From the human T2T-CHM13v2.0 reference genome, Homo sapiens, in the NCBI RefSeq assembly GCF_009914755.1, contig NC_060927.1: a stretch of 64,000 nucleotides of DNA. One strand, written 5' to 3'. The notes beneath the pieces were generated by a model that did not search any database, was not told where the DNA came from, and saw nothing but the letters and a program-made list of their open reading frames with translations. The translations under genes were made by a program, and so were the position numbers. Positions 54,500 through 64,000 of this stretch are shown here, piece after piece (the stretch's first letter is position 1; each line of letters begins with the position of its first letter).

Positions 54500-54820
54500 G
54501 TTCGGGCTTGGTGGCTTATGTCTGTAATCCTAGCACTTTGGGAGGCCAAGGCAGGCGGATCACTTGAGGTCAGGATTTCACAACCAGACTGGCCCACATG
54601 GTGAAACCTTATTTCTACTAAAAATACAAAAATTTAGCTGAATGTGGTGGCGGCGCGCACTTCTAATCCTAGCTACTCAGGAGGCTGAGGCAGGAGAATT
54701 GCTTGAATCCGGGAGGTGAAGGTTTCAGTGAGCTGAGATCAGACCACTGCACTCCAGCCTGGGCAACAAGAGCAAAATTCTGTCTCAAAAAACAAACAAA
54801 CAAACAAACAAACAAACAAA
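54500..54820 (+). mobile_element. AluS (Sx/Sq-like) with (CAAA)n tail
   Basis: Full dimer with (AAAC)n tail, followed by a (TA)-rich tract to about 54876. Confidence 0.95.
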
Positions 54821-55245
54821 CTATATCTATATATCTATATCTATATATCTGTGTGTGATATATATGTTATATATACAGTAGAAAATTAAATGGGCAAGAT
54901 TCAAAAATTTTATTTCTCCCTTCTTTTCTCCACATTCAGCAAATAGGCCATACTATGTGCCACACAATGTACAGGGCATGGTTTAAGGTTCTGAAAGAGT
55001 TTCATTTGAACATTTAATTTGGAACCAAATTTGGCTTATTGATGAGTGTATATAAAAATGGTCTATTGAAAAATGGACCAATCTGTAATCTTCAGCTCAG
55101 ATCTACTGTCACTTATGTTGAATTCATTTAATCCATTAAGAAATATCTGCTATGTGTTTAGTTCTGTAAGTAGTACATGGGTTGAGCTTGTTTAGAGGGG
55201 AGGACAGATGGACTAGATAAAAAAGGGTGGTATTAGAAAATAAGT

Positions 55246-55546
55246 AGAAGGAAAAAGAAGGAAAGAAGGGAAGAAAGAAGGAAAAAGGAAGTGAGGAAGG
55301 AAGGAAGGGAAGCAGGGAGGGAGGAAGGAAGAGAAGGAAGGAGGGAGGAAAGGAAGAAAGGAGAAAAGAGGGAAGAGAAGGAGGGAGGAAGGAAGGAAGG
55401 GAGGGAGGGAGGGAGAAAGGAAAGAATGGAGGGAGGGAGAAAGGAAAGAATGGAGGGAGGGAGTGGGAGGGAGAGAGGGAGGTAGTGGGAGGGAGAGAGG
55501 GAGGGAGTGGGAAGGGGAGTTGGGAGGGAGAGAGGGAATGAGGAAA
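55246..55546. repeat. GA-rich low-complexity polypurine tract
   Basis: About 300 nt almost entirely A/G; exact 24-nt tandem copies at 55404-55427 and 55428-55451. Confidence 0.95.
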
Positions 55547-55880
55547 ACTATCTGGTTCATGCTTTCAAATAATTAAGATCTAGTCAGTTAACTGAGGGAG
55601 AACTAGGCAAGTGCTAAAATGCATAAGTTACTGGTGCATGTCGTTCTGTAGTACTGCCCAGACTGCCCACAGAGCCTTGATTGATGTGAGTGATCAACAT
55701 ATTCTCAGCTGAGAAAGGTCAGAGGAACCCAGAGGTAGGAACTCTGCTATGTGGGAACAGTCACAGCAGCACTCAAGGGCTTATCTAGTAACATTTTAGG
55801 AAATTCTCTTCTGGGTTGCAGATATATATTCTGATGTTCTAGTGTTGCTGTCATTAAGGTTACCAGGAAGAAAATTATAA

Positions 55881-56216
<336 letters not shown>

Positions 56217-56399
56217 TGATATTGCTTTTGGGAATCCAGAGAGAGAAAATACATATTTTCTCTCTTTCTCATGATGTATCATAGAATATTTGGTCATAAA
56301 TTAGTCCTTGTTGGTAGCACAGGGCTTGAATAGCAGACATAATTGAAACATTTTAAAAATATATATTTAAATTAACCTTCCAAATGCTTTGTTTTGGAA

Positions 56400-56650
56400 T
56401 GGAATAGTGGAATAAGCTCAATGCTGGATCCATACAAATACAGATTCAAATATTAACTCATGATTTAATTTTGGGATTAATTAATTAAAGAGATGAGTTC
56501 ACCTCTTTGATCCTCATTTTCCCCATCAGAAGAATTAACATCATATTACTTGCTTCATAGGATTGCTTTGTAAACTGAATAAAGTAAATTTACATCATTT
56601 GTGAAGCATCTAATGCAAGGCTTGACCATGGTAGGTGTTAAAGGAATGGT
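56400..56650 (+). mobile_element. MIR
   Basis: 'cctctttgatcctcattttccccatcag..aa', 'ttcataggattgctttg', 'tgtgaagcatcta'. Confidence 0.7.
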
Positions 56651-56845
56651 GGATGATGATCATGATGATAATGATATTGAAGAAGAAGATGACAATAATG
56701 AAGATGATGATACTTGGCGTTGAAGATATTAAATAAATATTAGTATAATTTCTTTTGAACATACTATATTGACTTAGTGCAAGATTGCAGTGTGGTACAA
56801 ATAGAACTCATAAGCCTAGGATCCATTTTAAAAGTGTACTGAATA

Positions 56846-57155
56846 GGCCGGGCACAGTGGCTCACACCTGTAATCCCAGCACTTTGAGAGGCCAAGGCGG
56901 GCGGATCACGAGGTCAAGAGATCGAGATGATCCTGGCCAACATGGTGAAACCCTGTCTCTACTAAAAATACAAAACTTAGGTGGGCGTGGTGGCACGCAC
57001 CTGTAGTCTCAGCTACTTGGGAGGCTGACGCAGGAGAATCACTTGAACCCAGGAGGTGGAGGCTGCAGTGAGCCGAGATTGGCACTCCAGCCTGGTGACA
57101 GAGCAAGGCTCTGTCTCAAAAAAAAAAAAAAAAAAAAAAAAAAGAAAGAAAGAAA
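56846..57155 (+). mobile_element. AluSc-like element
   Basis: 'ggatcacgaggtcaagagatcgaga..atcctggccaacatgg'; long poly-A; TSD aaaagtgtactgaata/aaaagtccactgagta. Confidence 0.95.
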
Positions 57156-58535
57156 AAAAGTCCACTGAGTAAATTCAGAATTTATGCAATATAATTATAT
57201 TATGAAAGAAAAATAATATTAGCTTTTGGATTTCATTAGGAAGAAATTCCATTCCAGCAGTGGGATGAGGAGATTGAGAAGGGCAGAGAGAGAGAGAAGA
57301 AAGAGGTTCAGTAACTTTGAAAAGAAGGCATAATAAATAAGCAAGAAGTGAAGAACAGTTTCCTAGTTGATTTGGCTAATTCTCCTAGACATCATTTTAC
57401 TTTTGGCTTAGCCCCTTTCTTAGTGAATGAAACAGAAAGTTATCTTGTGGAATCTTATCATTAATCATCTGATTATACTGAACAGAAATATATAGAAAAT
57501 TATAATGATAATTTGATAATATACAATTGAATTATCTTTGAACAGTCTTGATAATATGTAATGATTTGCAAAATACACTTAAACCACTTGGCATGAATAC
57601 TCAATAGTGTCTTCAAAGAAGAACATCTCCATTTTATCTCCTTTTCTAAGCTTTGTGGCCTTTGAAGAAATGTTAGCTCTCATACAAAAAGTTATCTTTA
57701 AAATACATTTTTTTGTACTGTAAGAATAAGCTTTGCTGAAGGAATTGCCACAGATCATATGCCATAATATTGAACAGCTTATTTCTTGAATGCAGGCAAA
57801 GATATATGAGAAATTTTTGCCTACCTCTTAAATAAAGTAGGAGGTGCATTTTCTAATGTAGAAAGTAAGCCAGACCTGTATTACAGACTGGAAAAAAGAC
57901 AGAAAGTATTTTTAATTGTTATTTTAAAGCGATTTTAAAGTAAAATCTTTGTTTTTGTAGACATACAGAATTCTTACATTTCTAAAGAAAATCTTGGACT
58001 AAAGAGACTTCAAAAGGAGGAATTTTGTTTTTTGCTTTCTATATATAATTTTATACTTGAAAATAAAAGGAAAAACCATTGTCCAGCTCTGTATTTTTAG
58101 TGATAGGAAACAGACTGTCTGTCATGTCTCCCTTTTTCTCTCTCTCAGATACATCCGTGTATATATGATACCACCTTACTGTATTAACTTAAATATTGTA
58201 TAATTATACTAATACATTTATGTGTATGCAAGCATGTTTTTATATTTTTTCTTTGGAGTAGTGCTCTCAGGAAAAATTCATGAATTAGTACTTCTGATAA
58301 GATTATTCAATAACAGTTCTGTAGTTAAAATGATACAAGAAAAAACTATCTACATGGTATGTAAACAACATTGTTTCACATTTTACAAAATGAAATTTAA
58401 TTTGGATGATCATTTAAAAAGTTATTGCTTTTCTTTGTAAAAAGGTATCATCATGTGATACTACACATTGGGGAAGAGTATATTTAATTAATAAGTAAAT
58501 TCCCAGAAGGAAATATAGTTATCTGAGTTTAAGCA

Positions 58536-58849
<314 letters not shown>

Positions 58850-59559
58850 TAATGCTGCTGATACAATTGAATTTTGATTAATATTATTAATACTATTTTA
58901 GGACCCATTGTTTTACCAGATATTGTTCTAGGAATAATAACAACAGAAAACACCAAGGTTTTAGATATTGAAGTGTTATGCGCTTAGTGGAGAAGAGAAA
59001 TATTTAAATGGATACAGTTTAGTGGAACATTATAGTACGTACTAATTAAACTATAAATGTTGTTCTATGGGAACTCGGTAACCATAATTTATTTTTTTCC
59101 TCAACATCATGTTATATATTCTAGTTCATAAGTTTAAGATCATTTTGGTTTTCACTATTTCTATAACATTTAATATTAATTGATTTATGACAAATGATCT
59201 TGCCTTTTGCAAGCTCTATGTAACATTGATGGTGAATAAACAAAAAAAAACCAACAGTGGTATAAAACATTTGTATTACATTTAGTTATTATATTAAGGA
59301 AAATACATTATCCATATATTTGCATCAATTTACTTTAAAATGACACAATTAAACATATGTAAACAAAACTTACTGTTTTGACAACAGTGAAATCCATTTG
59401 AAATGAACACACTGGAATAAATAGGGATCAAAAACACTTCAAATAACATGTAGTATTACCCTTAAATCTCTATTCAATAATACCAATGTCAATATCTAAC
59501 ACAATGTTTTAATTCTACCTGTTCTTAGTGTCTGTTTTGGCATTTTTAGAATGTTTGTC

Positions 59560-60110
59560 CGAGTTTTAATTTAGAAAGCATGAGTTTTTGCACGCAAAGG
59601 TGCAAACTATCAGGATAGCATTGAGTAATATGATGAGTAAAATACAACCTTTGCCATCGAGGAATTCACAAGATAGTAAGAGGGGCTGTCAACAGGAGAC
59701 TACAATACTAAATGAGACTACATAAAACATACAATGGAGAAAATTTGGAGTAGGACAAATCAATTCTCAGTCAAGGTTTGAGTGTTAGACCGAGCATCGA
59801 AGATGAGTACTGCGGGATACATTAAAGTTAATAGGATCGAAGAACAGTGCTGGTAAGAGGAGACAAAGGGATGAGGAAGAGTAACATACCTGCAGATCAA
59901 GAATGAAGAGAAAGTGACACATGAGAGACTACACTAGAGTTAGGATTGTGTTAAAATCATGTGAAGATTTAAGTGAAGCCCATTTAAGTGAAGATTTAAG
60001 TGCTATTTCATGACATCCTTGTGAGATTATACCAAAAGCAAAATACAGAACATCAAAGATGGCAACAAAAAATGATAACTCATGTTTTAGAAAAGTCACC
60101 AGCAATTAAC
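59560..60110 (-). mobile_element. L2 fragment
   Basis: 'ccttgccatcgaggaattcaca' and 'tcatgttttagaaaagtcacc'. Confidence 0.5.
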
Positions 60111-62384
60111 ATGGTAAGCATTCATATATGACAATATGACTACATGTTAACAGCATATGAATCCTCTGTTAGGAGTACTTCTTTCTTTTTGGATGTTTGG
60201 GAAGAAAGAAAAAAGTGTTGCCTTGAATTGTAGTGTTTTGTACACACTAAATATAAGCTTCCAAAGGATAGAGGCCATAACTTTTACTTCACACAGAGCA
60301 TTTTACTTAATATGATATCAGTGATCATGTTTTGAACTGATGAACTGCTTTTGCCTTGTTTAGGGATATTAAGACATATACAAGATTATGTGGATTATGG
60401 TTTTAATAAAGAATAGCCTCTTCTTTGTGGAGCCTGCTGCTCTTTCCCTTCAGCAACAATCAGCAGTCAGTTACACTGACTTCTATTTTAACCTTTTAAA
60501 AAAACTAAACACATTAATTATAGACATCTCAATAAGATAAGAAGATAAATTGACTTTTTCTGCTTCTATATATCAGTATCTCAGTGGTAAAATAAAGTAT
60601 TTTTTCCCTGGTCTCTGTTAGAGGGGATTATTTTATAGAAGTCCAATGCTACCAAGAAATTGGCAGTGTTTATTGCTTGTCTCTAATGGAAATTACATTT
60701 TATGGGGAATTGAGATTGATTACCCTTATCTTGACAAGTGAAGATTGAGGGTGTGTACTATGGAATAGTGTGCAACCTCAACAGCAACAGGGAGATGTTT
60801 AACACTTTAGTTACTAGGTTTTAAAGCCAAGGATTATAGAAATGAGGTGTTGTTAATGCACCATTTCTAATTTTAAAAATAATATTAAGATCTGTATAGT
60901 GAATTATTATACTTCCACTGATTTGTTTTCTTAAAGGCAACAAAATGGTCCCACATTATTGATTTTAAAAATTTGTTTTGGTCTCTATTTTATTTATTTA
61001 CCAAGAATATAAGGGAAGGTGGGTGATAAACATGGGATGAAACTAAGTTATAATTATTATTAGAAACTTAACCGCGTATTTTTCCAACACCAGATGTAGG
61101 AAAATAGTAAATAATTTATCATGATATTGATCTCTATGAAACATATTTCTCAATCCTTGTAACTTTCTGAAAATTACTAATAAAAGGAGCATGTTTCCTA
61201 ATATGAAATATTATCTTAGCTATATAGTTTCCATGAAATATAAAATTCAGGCCCAATTATATTATAATTTACTCATATTTATAAAACCACCTATAAACGT
61301 ATTGAGCTAACTGGATCCCCTGCCATGAAATCATTGGTTTAATGATCACAATGTAAAAAATGATTAAAAATTAATCAAGACTTGAAATTTCTATTTTATT
61401 CCTAATTTAGAAGCCAACCTTTAGAAAAATATATGAGATTACATAAATATATATTTGGTATTACAAATTGCTGAATCTCATTATATTGTCCCATTTCAGT
61501 GTTAAGATACCAAGAAACTAAATATTACACTACATTTTGGAGAATATGAATTGGGATAATTTTAAATGGAACGATTATCTATAGATACAGAAAAGGCTCA
61601 ACATTCTGAAGATATTTTTATACCATTCTTTAATATTTTACTGCTTAGGAGACATTGAATTGTTTGCAGTTAGACTATAAATACCCTCATAAGACATAAT
61701 CCCATAATTTTAGAACCATTTGATAAATTTATTAATATTATTTAGCTATCAACTTGCATTCCAGGTGACAACTAATTCCTAAAGTATAGTAAATTTTTAT
61801 ACAAGGGAGAGTAAGCTTGAAGCATGAAACATTGCAAAGAGGGCCACTCTGGTTAGGCATTGTGCATCCAAAATATAGTGAGGAAGAGCAAGCCACCTGG
61901 GGGAATGAACACAAGGGTCAGTGAGGTAGGTCAGTAGACTTATAGGAGCTTGCGAGAAGGACAATGATTATGAGAACTATGTCATGATTTTGCCTAAGGC
62001 AGGGCTCGACCTCAAGTAATGTTTCCATCTAGAGCTAGAAATAGTCTATAACCTTCAGTTAATTTACTTAACCTACTGAACAAGAGTGGTTCCTTAGTTA
62101 TCGTTGTGAATATAATACCTAAATGTGTAGCATACAGTGTTATAATGAAAATCAAGCTATGGGAAATCATTAGGATTAATAGCATTTTATCTGGAAGATC
62201 AATGTACAACCTCTTTGAATTTAAATTATTGACTATCTTTATGTTATTAAATAATTATTCGTTGTCTGAAAGGGAAGATTTACTGACCATTAATACAATT
62301 CAAACTAGAGATCATTTTATTCTACAATATAATATACATTAGGTTTGTTTTAAAAAAGTTATGTTAAATAAATATGTATTTTTG

Positions 62385-62632
62385 GGCTGGGCATGGTGGC
62401 TCATGCCTGTAATCCCAGCACTTTGGAAGGCCGAGGCAGGTGAATCACCTGAGGTTGGGAGTTCAAGACCAGCCTGACCAACATGGAGAAACCCCATATC
62501 TACTAAAAATTAGCCAGGCATGGTGGCGCAGGCCTGTAATCCCAGTTACTCAGGAGGCCGAGGCAGGAGGATTGTTTGAATCCAGGAGGCGGAGGTTGTG
62601 GTGAGCCAAGATCACAAGAGTGAAACACCATA

Positions 62633-62665
<33 letters not shown>

Positions 62666-62670
62666 GAAAA
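62385..62670 (+). mobile_element. AluSp-like element with internal deletions and (GAAA)n(GA)n tail
   Basis: 'cctgaccaacatggagaaacc'; shortened linker and about 25 nt missing between 'caagatc' and 'acaagagtgaaac'. Confidence 0.93.
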
Positions 62671-63131
62671 GATGGAAAAGAATATGGAAAAATACGGCAA
62701 AGAAAAATGGAAATGTCTTCCATTTTTGAAATGAAAGAAAATTGGTTACTATTTTACCATCCAATGGCAGTTTGAAATTTAGTTTATTTAGAAGTGTATT
62801 ATCAAATAATATATTGACTGATATGAAATTTTCAATATTGAAAAGGAATACTAATGCATGTTTTTCTTTCATAGAACTTCAAAGATAATTTTGTCACAGT
62901 ACTATTATTTTTTTCAATTAAAGCTTATAAACAATCTTGAATTATAATGTTGATGATATAGTTTTCAACACATCAGCATGCTTTATAAATGCAGGTAATG
63001 TATTTGTATATTGTACTAGGAGATGGCAAAACTGGATTTTGAAGGCAATAATAGTACTGTTTTTTAAGTTAATTTAGTACAAATATGTTGTCTCAAACTT
63101 CACATATCCATAGAATGTACTCTATATTTGG

Positions 63132-63265
63132 TGAACAAAGGTTTATATAATAATTACTTTATATAATAATCAGTTTAATAATATGAACAAAAGTTTATAT
63201 AGTAATTATATAATAATTAGTTTATAATAATATGAATGAAAGTTTATATAATAGTTCATATAATT
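63132..63265. repeat. AT-rich minisatellite, about 50-bp unit x about 2.7
   Basis: Units begin tgaa(c/t)(a/g)aa(a/g)gtttatata at 63132, 63184 and 63233. Confidence 0.85.
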
Positions 63266-64000
63266 CAGCTAATGTTGAAAATCTAATTTTATCTAGATGT
63301 TATTTCACATAAAATATCAATATTAAACAATAACTTTAAAGAAAATTAAATTTGAAGTATAAATTAAATGATAACATTTAATTTGACCGTGATAGTCAGA
63401 GTTTATGAAATTTGCCATTTCATCCCTCATTTGAGTTACCCACTCAGCCTAATGCCTCCTTACTTTCATTTTATGAATCCGAATGAATATAGTACTGTCC
63501 CTGTGGCAATTGCATATTCGACTTTATCCATCAACACTGCTAATGATTATTTGACTCTGAAGATTAAGTATATCCTCTTCAGTATGCCCTTTCCTGTACT
63601 TTGTGAATGTATTAGCCCCTTTGACCTTCCCTGACTAATCAGGGGACACAGTTGTAAGTTGCAGATTGGGAGCAATTCTTTAGTTCTTTGATGTTTTCAA
63701 AGCAATTGAATAATTTCATGCTGAGTGTAAAGTAACCGGAGGTAAAGAATGTTTCAAAATATATGAACTAAAAGGTGTGAGATGGATGACTAATAGTATT
63801 TCTTTTTAATAGTGTATCTAATTCACCCTTATTTATAACTATTCTCTTCTAAGAAAATTTTTCTGTTAAAAAATTCCTGAAATTTCACATAGAAATCCAA
63901 AATAAGAGTTGTAATAAAAATTACAGGTTGTAGTATAAATCACTACACATAAATAGTATCAATATAATGGCTAATCTTTTTTCAACCAGAAACTTACATT

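Noticed and set aside
55213-55560. Pro/Ser/Phe/Leu-rich 115-aa ORF and Glu/Gly/Arg-rich 64-aa ORF
   Set aside because: Artefacts of the GA-rich low-complexity tract, which lacks stop codons.
56240-56265. 12-bp-arm hairpin agagagaaaata-ca-tattttctctct
   Set aside because: Short, low-complexity arms; plausible by chance in AT-rich DNA.

Overview
This 64 kb window is AT-rich, CpG-poor primate genomic DNA. The AluJ/AluS subfamilies, MER41, THE1 and an L1PA5-like insert point to a catarrhine, plausibly human, but the species cannot be fixed from sequence alone. It reads as intergenic or deep-intronic. I find no supportable protein-coding gene, RNA gene, CpG island or CRISPR array; the listed ORFs fall in Alus, LTRs, L1/L2 relics, low-complexity tracts or chance open frames. 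The window is mostly layered transposon relics: about 12 Alus/Alu monomers, about 13 LTR-retroelement pieces (MaLR, ERVL, ERV1), L1 and L2 fragments, MIRs and hAT DNA transposons. Family names come from recalled consensus sequences, so subfamily calls and boundaries are approximate. I found no convincing new biological system. The most notable local structures are a perfect 30-bp inverted repeat in non-repeat DNA (3998-4090), a tiny 5'-inverted (twin-primed) L1PA insertion (42954-43122), a 60-bp tandem duplication, a motif-rich MER66-like solo LTR nested in an L1, and a closely spaced inverted Alu pair.
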